The notes under the pieces are model-generated. The model was not told the DNA's origin, did no database searches, and worked only from the letters and a program-made list of their open reading frames with translations. DNA of 64,000 bases from Bdellovibrionales bacterium (GTDB lineage: Bacteria > Bdellovibrionota > Bdellovibrionia > Bdellovibrionales > UBA1609): assembly GCA_041690295.1 (NCBI GenBank), contig JAWLHR010000001.1, positions 128,001 to 192,000 of the forward strand, read 5' to 3'. Shown one piece after another: positions 28,010-38,071 of this stretch. The translations under genes and the position numbers were made by a program. The first letter of the stretch is position 1; every line of letters begins with the position of its first letter.

Positions 28010-30778
28010 ATGTCTGAAAAAGGCATAAACACGTCTGTTTTGAACAACATCGCGCGAAGAGCACAGTACCTCGCGATAAAAATGATTCACCTCGCGAATC
28101 ACCGTGACAACGTCGAGAAGGGTGATCCGAAAGTCGGCGGCCATTCTTCGGCGAGTTCCAGCGCCCTTCATATTCTGGGCGTTTTGCATTTGATCGTGAA
28201 AAGCGGATTCGATTGGATCGCCAATAAACCGCATGCCGCGCCCGCGGACCATGCCTACAACTATCTTTTGAACTTGCTGTTGAAAGATGACTTGAGCCAG
28301 CTGTCGCTGGAAGAGGCCAATTCGGCCATGCGGAATCTGCGCGCTTTCCCTCAAGAAGGCGAGTACGCATTTCAGTCCTATCATTCCGCCTACGATCCCG
28401 ATCACCACAATTTTTTGCCATCGGGTACGGTGGGAATTCCGCCGGTGAACGCGGGCTATCTCGCGCTGGCGTATAAATACGCCGAACGCCACGGCTACAA
28501 CGTGCCGCCCGCGCATTTCTGGTCGATTATCGGTGATTCCGAGTTCCGTGAAGGTTCATTAGCCGAGGCCATCCCCGATTTCGCCGAACGCGAATTGGGC
28601 AATCTCACTTGGATCCTGGATTACAACCGGCAAAGTCTCGACGGACACCGGATCACTAATCAAAGTATCATGCACGGAACCGACGATTTGCGCATCCAGC
28701 GCATGATGGAAGCCAACGGCTGGCATGTGATCCATGCCCGTCACGGTCAAGAGCGCGCGAAATGGTTTTCCAAACCCGGCGGTGATATTTTCCGCGAACT
28801 CTTCGAAGGTTTCCTCTCCGATTACGAACTTCAGGTTCTGTTGTTGGTTAAGGATGGCAAGGCCGCCCGCGAGTTCCTTCTCGAAAAACAGCCCAAACTC
28901 GAAAAATTTCTTGGCGGCATAAAAGATGACGAGCTGCTGACCGCGGTTCGCGATTTCGGCGGGCACGATTTTGTCACTCTGATGAACGCCTTTGAAGAGA
29001 GCAAAAAGGAAACCCGTCGGCCGACAATGGTGATCGCCCACACGATCAAGGGATGGGGATTGAGAATGGCCGCCAATCCGGGCAATCACTCCGCTCTTCC
29101 CGAAAGCGACGAGATCGACGAGCTGGCCGAACGGACAAAAATGCCGAAAGGCATGGACTTCGCCCGTTTCGACGAAGATTCCGAGGAAGGGCGCTTCCTC
29201 AAAGCCCGAGGCGCCAAACTTTACGAGGAAATCAAGAACCAGCATGAACTGAAAGAAGAAAACAAAGGTTATTTTCGCAAACTCAGCGAAGAGTTGGGCG
29301 AGATGGGATCCAGTCTCGACATCAATTACAAAATGGCCAGTTACCCACACACGCAGTGGATGCTCGGTCAGCTCACCTCGAAACTGACCCGTTTGGCCAA
29401 CACTCCCCTTGATGAGCGGCAATTGAAAGAAAAGCAACGCCCTCTCACACCCGCCGAGCGCTCGTTCAAACTGGCCGGCGAGATGATGGTCGCCATGGCG
29501 CCCGACGTGGGCACCAGCACGAACCTGAACCCCACGATGGACGGAAAGATCTACGGCAGCGAAACCGAGGACATCGAAACCGAAATGGGTGTGAAGGACC
29601 GCACGGTTCCGGATTTGGTGCCGGGGGAAGAAGTCACCGACCGGTTTTTACGTTTCGATATCGCCGAAGCGAATGTCATGTCTTGCATGGGATCGTTTGG
29701 AAAAATCCGCGAAACCTTGGGCATTCCGCTAATCCCTTTGATGACCGTTTACGACTTCTTCATCAAGCGCGCCCATGACCAATTGTTCTACAATCTTTAC
29801 TGGCGTTCCTCTTTCATACTGGTGGGCACGCCCTCCGGTGTGACACTGGCTCCGGAAGGCGCCCAACACGGGTGGAAGTCGGACTTTCAAATTCCCAATC
29901 AGGTCACGTGGGAGCCGTTCTATGTGCAGGAGCTGGATTGGATTTTCGTGGATGCGGTTAAACGATTGCTCACCGGCGATGATCAGGACCGAAACGGCGT
30001 GATCATTCGTGGTGTGACCCGTGGCGTGGACCAAAAAGAGTTCCTTGGACTGCTCAGAACCCAAGCGCGGTTCAAATCCGATCCGAACGTTCTTCTCGCG
30101 CCCGCGGGAATGGAGATTGAAGGCGGAACCGATGAGTCGCAAGTCGCGCCTTTAAGTGATGACGAAATTTTCGCGCAAGTTCGCGAGGACGTGCTCGCGG
30201 GCGGATACTATCTCATCGATTATCGCGGGTATGCCGGATACGAGCCCGGGGATAACGTGGTTCACATTTTCTCGATGGGTTCACCCACCACGGAAGCTAT
30301 CAAAGCCTCCCGTGAACTTCTGAAAAAGGGCATCTACGCGAATGTCATCGTGGTCACCAGTCCGGATTTGCTTCTCGGTAACCTGGCCCATGCCGACGGA
30401 TACCGTCACTTGAAAGAAAACTTGGGTGTCACGGCGGATCTTTACCTCAAAGGTTTTGATCTGAACCGCGCGGCGGATTTGCAAACTTTGGCGGGACGCC
30501 GGATTCCCATTGTGAGCGTGCATGACGGCGAGATCGGCTTGCTGGACAACATCGGATCCTTGGTCGGCGTGCGCCACGAAACCCTCGCGGTCCGCAAGCA
30601 TTCCCGCTCAGGCCGGCCGAGCGACGTTTACCGTTACCACGGAATCGACGCGGAATCGGTGGCCAAGGCGTGTTTGCAAGTGTTGAATGAAACGGCACTA
30701 GAAAACCTCATCGCGCCGGAAGCCAAGGTTGGAGTCACGCCGGCTTCAATGGAGCATGAGGCCTGGGGCAACAGTTAA
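28010..30778 (+). CDS. aceE: Pyruvate dehydrogenase E1, homodimeric AceE-type
   Basis: GGHSSASS, GDSEFREG (TPP site), NRQSLDG, HTIKG, IAEAN, EGAQH. Confidence 0.8.
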   Translation: MSEKGINTSVLNNIARRAQYLAIKMIHLANHRDNVEKGDPKVGGHSSASSSALHILGVLHLIVKSGFDWIANKPHAAPADHAYNYLLNLLLKDDLSQLSLEEANSAMRNLRAFPQEGEYAFQSYHSAYDPDHHNFLPSGTVGIPPVNAGYLALAYKYAERHGYNVPPAHFWSIIGDSEFREGSLAEAIPDFAERELGNLTWILDYNRQSLDGHRITNQSIMHGTDDLRIQRMMEANGWHVIHARHGQERAKWFSKPGGDIFRELFEGFLSDYELQVLLLVKDGKAAREFLLEKQPKLEKFLGGIKDDELLTAVRDFGGHDFVTLMNAFEESKKETRRPTMVIAHTIKGWGLRMAANPGNHSALPESDEIDELAERTKMPKGMDFARFDEDSEEGRFLKARGAKLYEEIKNQHELKEENKGYFRKLSEELGEMGSSLDINYKMASYPHTQWMLGQLTSKLTRLANTPLDERQLKEKQRPLTPAERSFKLAGEMMVAMAPDVGTSTNLNPTMDGKIYGSETEDIETEMGVKDRTVPDLVPGEEVTDRFLRFDIAEANVMSCMGSFGKIRETLGIPLIPLMTVYDFFIKRAHDQLFYNLYWRSSFILVGTPSGVTLAPEGAQHGWKSDFQIPNQVTWEPFYVQELDWIFVDAVKRLLTGDDQDRNGVIIRGVTRGVDQKEFLGLLRTQARFKSDPNVLLAPAGMEIEGGTDESQVAPLSDDEIFAQVREDVLAGGYYLIDYRGYAGYEPGDNVVHIFSMGSPTTEAIKASRELLKKGIYANVIVVTSPDLLLGNLAHADGYRHLKENLGVTADLYLKGFDLNRAADLQTLAGRRIPIVSVHDGEIGLLDNIGSLVGVRHETLAVRKHSRSGRPSDVYRYHGIDAESVAKACLQVLNETALENLIAPEAKVGVTPASMEHEAWGNS

Positions 30779-31428
30779 AGCAGCTTCTGGGCCACCGTCA
30801 TTCCCTCTGTCGTGGGAATGAGAATCGAGTTGTATTTCGCCGGATCGGAGAGACGGGTGTTGAATTCGTTCATCACCTTGATCTGATTCGGCCCGATATC
30901 GCGATCACGGGTTTCTCCCCAAAGAGCGCCGAAGAGAAACGTATTATCACCCACGATCAACCCACCGGAGCGGGTGTTGGCTTCGGCCCAGTTCAAGTAC
31001 TCGACATAGCCGCCTTTGTTGGCGTCGATGAAGACTAAATCAAAAGGCCCGTCTTTTTCGAGCGAAGCCAACAAATCAACGGCGTCACCGCACAGGGAAG
31101 TGATTTTCTCTTTCACGCTCGATTTTTGAAAGATCGAATTCGCGATGGCGTGATTCTCGGGATTTTTCTCCAGGGTCCAAATATGGCCGTCACTAGGGAG
31201 CGCCTTGGCCATGCAGAGCGCGGAATAGCCGAAGAGCGTTCCCACTTCAACCACTCGCCGAATCTTAAATCCACGAATCAAGAATTGCAGAATCCGGCCT
31301 TCAGCGGCGGAGATGGACATGAAATCCAAATCGCGCCGGTTCATTTCCTCCCTCGCCATTTCCAAATCCCGGTCTTGGATACCAAAAAGGTCGTTCACAT
31401 ATTTCTCTTGTGGAGTTGAAACGCGCAT
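30775..31428 (-). CDS. O-methyltransferase (COMT/caffeoyl-CoA family)
   Basis: EVGTLFGYS, FDLVFIDANK, GGLIVGDN. Confidence 0.92.
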   Translation of the reverse strand: MRVSTPQEKYVNDLFGIQDRDLEMAREEMNRRDLDFMSISAAEGRILQFLIRGFKIRRVVEVGTLFGYSALCMAKALPSDGHIWTLEKNPENHAIANSIFQKSSVKEKITSLCGDAVDLLASLEKDGPFDLVFIDANKGGYVEYLNWAEANTRSGGLIVGDNTFLFGALWGETRDRDIGPNQIKVMNEFNTRLSDPAKYNSILIPTTEGMTVAQKLL

Positions 31429-31467
31429 TTGAACCTCCGCACGCGCCATGATAGCTTAATCACCATC

Positions 31468-32142
31468 GTGCCATCCCTATTTAATCCCAAAATTCAACTG
31501 GTGCTACTTGATTTCGACGGCACGCTCGTCGACACCGCACCCGATTTGGTGCGCGCGTCCAACCGGTATTTACAACAAAAAGGCCTGGAGCCCATCGCGG
31601 AAGCGCGGATTCGAGCGGAAATCGGCATGGGGCTAAAAAATTTGATCGTGGAATTGTTCCCCGAGGACCAGCGAAGTCCGGAGCAGCAAAAAATCATCGA
31701 GCAGGAATTTCTGCAAGTTTACGAGAAGGAATTCCTCGAAACTCCGCGCCTTTTCGATGGCGCTTACGAATTCCTGACCGAATTTCCCGGCCAAATCGGA
31801 ATCGTGTCCAACAAGCGCGAACGGTTCATCAGACCGATTCTTGAAAAACTCGGAGTTGATCATTTGCCGTGGGTGGATATTGTCGGGGGCGATACATTGG
31901 ACCATATGAAACCGCATCCGGCGCCTTTTTTACGCGTCATCGAGGCCGCGGGAGTCACGCCCGAAGAAACAGTGATTGTGGGCGATGGCACGCCCGATAT
32001 AGAAGGCGCGAAGGCGATTGGCAGCCGGGCGATCGCGGTCGAATTCGGTTACACACCATTGGAGGACCTGATGGCGCAGGGAGCTTGGGCTTCAATCACC
32101 GACTATGGCGAGCTGCGCCCCTTGATTGAGTCCATAACATAG
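31468..32142 (+). CDS. HAD family hydrolase, phosphoglycolate phosphatase-like
   Basis: DFDGTLVDT, SNK, KPHP, VGDG..D; start uncertain (GTG 31468). Confidence 0.88.
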   Translation: MPSLFNPKIQLVLLDFDGTLVDTAPDLVRASNRYLQQKGLEPIAEARIRAEIGMGLKNLIVELFPEDQRSPEQQKIIEQEFLQVYEKEFLETPRLFDGAYEFLTEFPGQIGIVSNKRERFIRPILEKLGVDHLPWVDIVGGDTLDHMKPHPAPFLRVIEAAGVTPEETVIVGDGTPDIEGAKAIGSRAIAVEFGYTPLEDLMAQGAWASITDYGELRPLIESIT

Positions 32143-32225
32143 TGCTTCCCTAATGCTGCAAATTTGACATTAACTGAGTGTTAACGCTACACAACAAAGA
32201 CCGCCTAAGAGAGGGCTTAATAACA

Positions 32226-33929
32226 ATGGCTGCCGATACGTTAATTCAGATCCGCGACCTCGCTGTCGAATTTCGCACCGATGAAGGCATCGTGAATGCC
32301 GTTAAGAAAATCTCGTTCGATATTCCCAAGGGCCAAACTGTCGGCCTCGTCGGCGAATCGGGATCGGGAAAAAGCGTGACCTCACTGGCCATCATGCGTC
32401 TGATCCCCAATCCCCCTGGTCGGATCACCGGCGGGCAGATTTTGATGGACGGGAAGGATTTGCTCAAATTGAGCGAATCACAAATGCGCCAAGTCCGCGG
32501 CAACAAAGTCTCCATGATTTTCCAGGAGCCGATGACGAGTCTGAATCCCGTGTTCACGGTGGGAGATCAGATCGCCGAGACTTTGATTCTGCACCAGAAT
32601 TTGTCCAAAGCCGCGGCCTATGAAAAGACCCTGGATCTTTTGAAACAAGTGGGAATTCCCAATCCCCAGGAGCGGATCAAAAGTTATCCGCACGAGTTGA
32701 GCGGCGGACAACGCCAGCGCGTGATGATCGCCATGGCCATCGCTTGCGAACCGGATCTGCTGATCGCCGACGAGCCCACGACGGCTCTGGATGTGACCAT
32801 TCAAAAGCAGATTTTGGATCTTCTGGCCGACCTTCAGAAAAAGTACGGGATGTCGATATTGTTCATCACCCACGATTTGGGCGTGATCGCCGATATCGCC
32901 AATGAAGTGGTGGTGATGTATCGCGGGGACATCGTCGAAAAAGGAACCACGCGCGAAATTTTCAAGAACCCCAAGCATCCGTACACCAAAGGCTTGCTCG
33001 CCTGCCGTCCTTCTTTGGACAAGAATCCGCGCCGTCTTCCGGTCGTCAGCGACTTCATGACTCCTGACGGAAAAGAAAAACCGGTCGACATTGAAATGAT
33101 CAAGCATCAAAAGCAGACCCGCGCGATCTCTTCGGATCAGTCGGTCCTTCTACGTGTCGAAAACGTTAAAAAATATTTCCCCTTGAAGAAGGGCTTTTTC
33201 GGCGGCGTGAAAAACTGGGTGCGCGCGGTGGATGATGTCACATTGACCGTGAGACGGGGCCGCACTCTGGGCCTCGTGGGCGAATCCGGATGCGGTAAAA
33301 CCACTCTGGGACGCACGATTTTACGCTTGGTCGAACCCACTGACGGTAAAATCATTTACGGCGACACCGACATCACTTCGCTGGACCGTAGGGCCATGCG
33401 AGCCATGCGCCGGAAAATGCAAATCATCTTTCAGGATCCCTACGCCTCATTGAATCCGAGGATGACCGTGGGCGCGGCCCTGATGGAGCCGATGATCATT
33501 CACGGCCTGGGTTCTTCCCGTGAGGAGCGCCTGGAAATGGCCGGCGAGTTGATCAAAAAAGTCGGACTCGACCGCGGCATGCTGAACCGTTATCCGCATG
33601 AATTCTCCGGTGGTCAGCGCCAGCGGATTTGTATCGCGCGCGCTCTCGCGGTGAAGCCGGAATTCATTATTTGCGACGAATCCGTGTCCGCTCTTGACGT
33701 GTCGATTCAGGCGCAGATTCTGAACTTGCTGCTCGATCTTCAAGAGGAGATGAATCTGACGTACGTCTTCATCTCGCACGACTTAGCGGTGGTGAAATTC
33801 ATCTCTGACGAGGTGGCAGTGATGTATAACGGCAAGGTCGTCGAAATGAACGATGCCATCGGCATCTACGAAAATCCGCAGCATGAATACACCAAGAAAC
33901 TTCTGAGCGCGATTCCGAAAGGTTTATAA
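32226..33929 (+). CDS. Peptide ABC transporter ATPase, two fused ABC domains (YejF/GsiA-like)
   Basis: [13 protein letters not shown] and [17 protein letters not shown] and HEYT tails. Confidence 0.95.
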   Translation: MAADTLIQIRDLAVEFRTDEGIVNAVKKISFDIPKGQTVGLVGESGSGKSVTSLAIMRLIPNPPGRITGGQILMDGKDLLKLSESQMRQVRGNKVSMIFQEPMTSLNPVFTVGDQIAETLILHQNLSKAAAYEKTLDLLKQVGIPNPQERIKSYPHELSGGQRQRVMIAMAIACEPDLLIADEPTTALDVTIQKQILDLLADLQKKYGMSILFITHDLGVIADIANEVVVMYRGDIVEKGTTREIFKNPKHPYTKGLLACRPSLDKNPRRLPVVSDFMTPDGKEKPVDIEMIKHQKQTRAISSDQSVLLRVENVKKYFPLKKGFFGGVKNWVRAVDDVTLTVRRGRTLGLVGESGCGKTTLGRTILRLVEPTDGKIIYGDTDITSLDRRAMRAMRRKMQIIFQDPYASLNPRMTVGAALMEPMIIHGLGSSREERLEMAGELIKKVGLDRGMLNRYPHEFSGGQRQRICIARALAVKPEFIICDESVSALDVSIQAQILNLLLDLQEEMNLTYVFISHDLAVVKFISDEVAVMYNGKVVEMNDAIGIYENPQHEYTKKLLSAIPKGL

Positions 33930-33937
33930 AGCGCTAC

Positions 33938-34681
33938 ATGTTCGTAAAGCGATCCGACGGGCCCACGACAAGTTTCAAAGAAGAAGCGTTCGGGCTCGGT
34001 GAACTCTCGGCCCGGAACAAAATCCGCTGTGTGAAAGTGATCGCGTTCGACCAGCGCTCCATCACTCTCGAAAAAATCGAAACCGAGCCGCCGACCAAGG
34101 AATTCTGGCGAACGCTGGGGAGCCAATTGGCTGACCTTCATGATGTGCGGCTCGACTACTACGGCTTTGAAATCGATAATCACATCGGGGCCACTCCCCA
34201 ACCCAATCCGAAAATCCCGGTCAGTGAAATCAGTTGGGCCGATTATTTTCTGAAGCATCGCCTTGAATACATGTTAGGCCATTCTCGACTTAAGTCAGAA
34301 ACCGAATTGCACCGGCTTTACGCGAAAGCCAAAGACGCGATCCATCGCTCTCTGTCGACCGTTAATGAGGCCCCTTCGTTGGTGCACGGTGACCTTTGGA
34401 GAGGAAATGTCTTGTGCGCGAAAGGCCAAATCCCCGTGTTGATCGACCCGGCCCCTTATTCAGGTCACCGTGAAGTGGACGTGGCGATGACGGAACTTTT
34501 CGGCGGATTCGATCCTGAATTTTACGCGAGTTATAATGAACGATTGCCTTTGGCGGCCGGATTCGATGCGCGAAAGCAAATCTATAACCTTTACCATCTA
34601 CTCAATCACTGGATTTTATTCGGAGAAACCTACGCCGGCCAGACGCTCAACCAGTTCCGACACCTAAATCTTACCTCCTGA
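33938..34681 (+). CDS. Fructosamine kinase family protein
   Basis: DNHIGATPQ, PSLVHGDLWRGN, IDPA, GHREVD..LFGGF. Confidence 0.9.
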   Translation: MFVKRSDGPTTSFKEEAFGLGELSARNKIRCVKVIAFDQRSITLEKIETEPPTKEFWRTLGSQLADLHDVRLDYYGFEIDNHIGATPQPNPKIPVSEISWADYFLKHRLEYMLGHSRLKSETELHRLYAKAKDAIHRSLSTVNEAPSLVHGDLWRGNVLCAKGQIPVLIDPAPYSGHREVDVAMTELFGGFDPEFYASYNERLPLAAGFDARKQIYNLYHLLNHWILFGETYAGQTLNQFRHLNLTS

Positions 34682-34706
34682 GCTTAACCGTTTTATCCTT
34701 TTAAAG

Positions 34707-35579
34707 ATGCGCCACCTTCTCGTTTTACTGGCTTTCATGTCAGGCTTATCGATCACATCGGCCTTCGCGCAGTTAAGTGGAGAATCACCGGAACTGGAAG
34801 AGTCGACGTTACGGCCGGAAAAAACCAAACGTAAGCTCGCGCCCCATCTCGGGCATAACGTCTCGGCGACAACCTACGTGCTTTCCCAAGGGGATTGCAC
34901 GATCGGGATTCAGGTGGCGGCCTGCGGTTTAACGAACCGATGGACTTTAGCGACGGTGCCTTGGCTTTATGTGAACTACAACACCTGGAGTGTGCTCAGC
35001 CGCTTCCGGCTCGTCACCTATCCGGAAGGCGGCAATTGGACGATGCAACTCGGGTATTTCAAAAGCTTTCCCGAAGCGCGAAGTGACAAATACGTCACCT
35101 ACCCCTACGACTTCGAGGCCTATTGGTTGCAGTTCATCCGCGCTTATCCAATGGCCCGCCACTACCGAATCTATTTCAACGTCGCCACCAACTATTACGC
35201 CAATGACCGGCGGCCCTTTTCCCTACGAAGGCCGATCGAACGCCGCAATCAAAGCCAGATCAACCTCACCACCTTGCATGAGGTGGCTTTAATCAAGCGC
35301 TGGTACATCATGGGTGAAATCGGGCTGCTCGATGTGGCTCAACCCATCCAGCACGTGCACGTGGGCGCTTCCTTCGGTCGCTCGGGTTTCTACTATGAGT
35401 GGCACCTGGGGTTTTCCTTGACGGCCACGCCGCTTGCGCTCTTCAACCCGCGCTCACGGCGCGATTATCAGCAGGAATTGCGCGACACCGAGCACGGCTT
35501 TGAAACGCATCTTGATCGCGAAAAGACCAAGCGCGATTACGCCATCCACCCCGAATTCACAGTGCAATTATTTTTCTAA
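34707..35579 (+). CDS. Secreted hypothetical protein, probable outer-membrane beta-barrel
   Basis: Signal peptide, aromatic-rich alternating strands, C-terminal FTVQLFF. Confidence 0.6.
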   Translation: MRHLLVLLAFMSGLSITSAFAQLSGESPELEESTLRPEKTKRKLAPHLGHNVSATTYVLSQGDCTIGIQVAACGLTNRWTLATVPWLYVNYNTWSVLSRFRLVTYPEGGNWTMQLGYFKSFPEARSDKYVTYPYDFEAYWLQFIRAYPMARHYRIYFNVATNYYANDRRPFSLRRPIERRNQSQINLTTLHEVALIKRWYIMGEIGLLDVAQPIQHVHVGASFGRSGFYYEWHLGFSLTATPLALFNPRSRRDYQQELRDTEHGFETHLDREKTKRDYAIHPEFTVQLFF

Positions 35580-35582
35580 TGG

Positions 35583-36080
35583 TTAATCACGGGCCAAGTG
35601 GATCAGCGTGTTCACGGTCCGCTTCACTTTTTCCAAATCGAAAGGTTTTTTGATGTAGTCGTCAGCACCCACCTCGAACCCGCGCTTCACATCGTCGTCG
35701 CCCACACGACCGGATAAAAAGACCATTGGGATGCTCTTGAGATCGGGATGGGATTTCATCATCTCCGCCAGCTCAAAGCCGTTGATCCAGGGCAATCCGA
35801 CATCAAGTAAGATCAAATCCAAAGGTGCGTCATCCAACACCGAGGAAAGCTGCGTGCCATCGGCCGCCGCCAAGACCCGGTAACCATCACTTTCGAAGGC
35901 GCGCTTCAGCGCCGCACGTATGGTTTCATCATCCTCGATCAGGAGAATCGTGCGTTGGATTTTTCGCTCACGTAATTTACGCAGATCATCCATGGCGACC
36001 ACGTCTTCTTTCGCCATTCGTTCTTTGGTGAGCTTCTCAATCTTTTGAACCAGATCCTTGGTGTTAAGTTTCTTCGGCAC
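35583..36080 (-). CDS. Single-domain response regulator with charged N-terminal extension
   Basis: LIEDD, LLDVGLP, YIKKPF. Confidence 0.9.
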   Translation of the reverse strand: MPKKLNTKDLVQKIEKLTKERMAKEDVVAMDDLRKLRERKIQRTILLIEDDETIRAALKRAFESDGYRVLAAADGTQLSSVLDDAPLDLILLDVGLPWINGFELAEMMKSHPDLKSIPMVFLSGRVGDDDVKRGFEVGADDYIKKPFDLEKVKRTVNTLIHLARD

Positions 36081-37018
36081 TAGTCATGCCCCTGGGCTTC
36101 CAACCACCGCTCGCAATCGATGGCGGCCATGCATCCCGTGCCGGCGGCCGTGATCGCTTGCCGATAAACCGGATCCTGCACATCACCGGCCGCGAACACT
36201 CCATCAACTGAGGTGTAGGTCGATTTGTTTTTGGTGAGAATGTAGCCGACTTCGTTCATGTCGAGCTGGCCTTTGAATAATTCGGTGTTCGGTTTATGTC
36301 CGATGGCGATGAAAAGCCCCTCGACTTTCAATTCATTCTGTTTTCCGGTTTGGTTATTCTTAAGCATGATGCCCGTGACGTTTTTGTCGCCCAGAACATC
36401 AACCACTTCGGAATGCCAAATCACTTCGATCTTGGGATTCTTCAAAACCCGCTCGGCCATGATTTTCGAGGCGCGAAATTCACCGCGGCGATGGATCACA
36501 TAAACTTTCGAGGCGAAGCGAGTCAGAAAATTGGCTTCTTCCATGGCGGTATCTCCGCCACCGACCACGGCCACCGGCTGATTCTTAAAGAAAGCACCGT
36601 CACAAGTGGCGCAGGCGGAAACGCCACGGCCCAATAACCGGCGCTCATTTTCCAGCCCCAAGTATTTGGCGGAAGCGCCCGTGCTCACGATCACCGAATG
36701 CGCTTCATGGAGTTCGGTTTCCACCCAAACCTTGAAGGGACGAACTGAAAAATCCACCTTGGTCACGTTGCGGGTGATGAAGCGGGTGCCGAATCGCTCG
36801 GCCTGCTTGCGCATGATCGACATTAGCTCCGGTCCCTGAATGCCGTTTTCGAATCCGGGATAATTTTCGACTTCAGTGGTGGTCATCAGCTGCCCGCCGC
36901 TTTCATATCCCTCGATCATGAGCGGAAAAAGATTAGCGCGAGCCGTGTATAAAGCCGCCGTCAACCCGGCCGGGCCGGAACCGATGATAATGACATTTTT
37001 TACGTTCGAGTCTTTCAC
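36080..37018 (-). CDS. trxB: Thioredoxin reductase
   Basis: GSGPAG, CATCDG, GGGDTAMEEA, YRQAITAAG. Confidence 0.97.
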   Translation of the reverse strand: MKDSNVKNVIIIGSGPAGLTAALYTARANLFPLMIEGYESGGQLMTTTEVENYPGFENGIQGPELMSIMRKQAERFGTRFITRNVTKVDFSVRPFKVWVETELHEAHSVIVSTGASAKYLGLENERRLLGRGVSACATCDGAFFKNQPVAVVGGGDTAMEEANFLTRFASKVYVIHRRGEFRASKIMAERVLKNPKIEVIWHSEVVDVLGDKNVTGIMLKNNQTGKQNELKVEGLFIAIGHKPNTELFKGQLDMNEVGYILTKNKSTYTSVDGVFAAGDVQDPVYRQAITAAGTGCMAAIDCERWLEAQGHD

Positions 37019-37695
37019 TTTATCTCCTCAGAATGGGCACGCGGATGCTTGGCGAATATCTTATGGGGAGTCGCTTCGGGGGTCAAAGACCATAGCCAGA
37101 GATCCCGCGCGACGTGCACCGGATCATAGACACCTTGCTTGCGCGGAGCCGCATTGCGCGGAATCATTTCCGTGTCCATATACCCCGGCGAAAACAAACG
37201 TAGGTCCCACATCGGCATTTCGACGCACAAAGTGGAATACAAGCCTTTGAGGGCGTGTTTAGCGGCGCAATAGCTGGCCGCCAACGGATCCGGCTCACTC
37301 TCGGCGACGGAACTGCCCACGAGGATCATCTGTGGCGGCGATGGCTGGCGTGAGAGATGATGCAGGAGCCGCGCGGGAAAGTGAAAATTAAGATCCCAGG
37401 TCCATTCATGGGCCGACCACTTCATCTCGCCGAATTTCCCGTAGGGCCCGCCGCCCGCGATGTAAAACACGCGATGAAAGTTCTTTTCGTCGAGAAGTTC
37501 GAGGACACGGGTTTGATCTTCGGGTCGAGTGAAGTCCGCCACCATGTAATCGAAATTCGCCAACTCAGCTCGCATTTTCGTTAAGAGCGGCTCTTTACGG
37601 CTCACACCGAAAACCTGAGCGCCTTCGTCTGAGGCCACTTTGACAAGGGCGGCGCCAAGTCCACGACTGGCACCTAAGATTAAAACCCGATTCAT
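37015..37695 (-). CDS. SDR family oxidoreductase
   Basis: GASRGLG, YCAAK, PGYMDT. Confidence 0.9.
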   Translation of the reverse strand: MNRVLILGASRGLGAALVKVASDEGAQVFGVSRKEPLLTKMRAELANFDYMVADFTRPEDQTRVLELLDEKNFHRVFYIAGGGPYGKFGEMKWSAHEWTWDLNFHFPARLLHHLSRQPSPPQMILVGSSVAESEPDPLAASYCAAKHALKGLYSTLCVEMPMWDLRLFSPGYMDTEMIPRNAAPRKQGVYDPVHVARDLWLWSLTPEATPHKIFAKHPRAHSEEIK

Positions 37696-37742
37696 CCCGG
37701 CTAATTTGCCTAAGGCCTGAAAGTCGCGCAATATGAAAGAGC

Positions 37743-38030
37743 ATGCCCACCATTCGCTTCATCAAGGATCATCCCCCCATTGAAGTTCCCAGCGGCGCCA
37801 ATTTGATGAAATCGCTGCTGGACGCCGGTCTTCCGGTCGCCAGCTCCTGCCACGGGGACGGAATTTGCGGAAAATGCCGGATTCACATCGTGGAAGGGGG
37901 TGAAAATCTTTCTCAAATCAACGAGCGGGAACGCCTTCTCCGGGAGCGGCTCCGGGTGCCGGCTGAATTCCGCATTTCCTGCCAAACACAGGTGAACGGC
38001 GATATCGTGGTTGACGCCACTTACTGGTAG
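37743..38030 (+). CDS. 2Fe-2S ferredoxin
   Basis: CHGDGICGKC...RISCQ. Confidence 0.92.
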   Translation: MPTIRFIKDHPPIEVPSGANLMKSLLDAGLPVASSCHGDGICGKCRIHIVEGGENLSQINERERLLRERLRVPAEFRISCQTQVNGDIVVDATYW

Positions 38031-38044
38031 GCACGTCGCTTGCG
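38029..38044 (+). promoter_or_regulatory. Putative sigma54 promoter
   Basis: AGGCACGTCGCTTGCG, GG-N10-GC, 27 nt before ATG 38072. Confidence 0.65.
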
Positions 38045-38071
38045 ATATCCTCCACCCGATTGGAGGATTTC

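Noticed and set aside
32170..32185. TTAA-N7-TTAAC matching the CtrA box
   Set aside because: CtrA is alphaproteobacterial and this is a single site; kept only as a generic inverted repeat
33938..34681. Fructosamine kinase appears N-terminally short, possible pseudogene
   Set aside because: Catalytic motifs intact, no frameshift or remnant upstream, and it starts 8 nt after the previous gene
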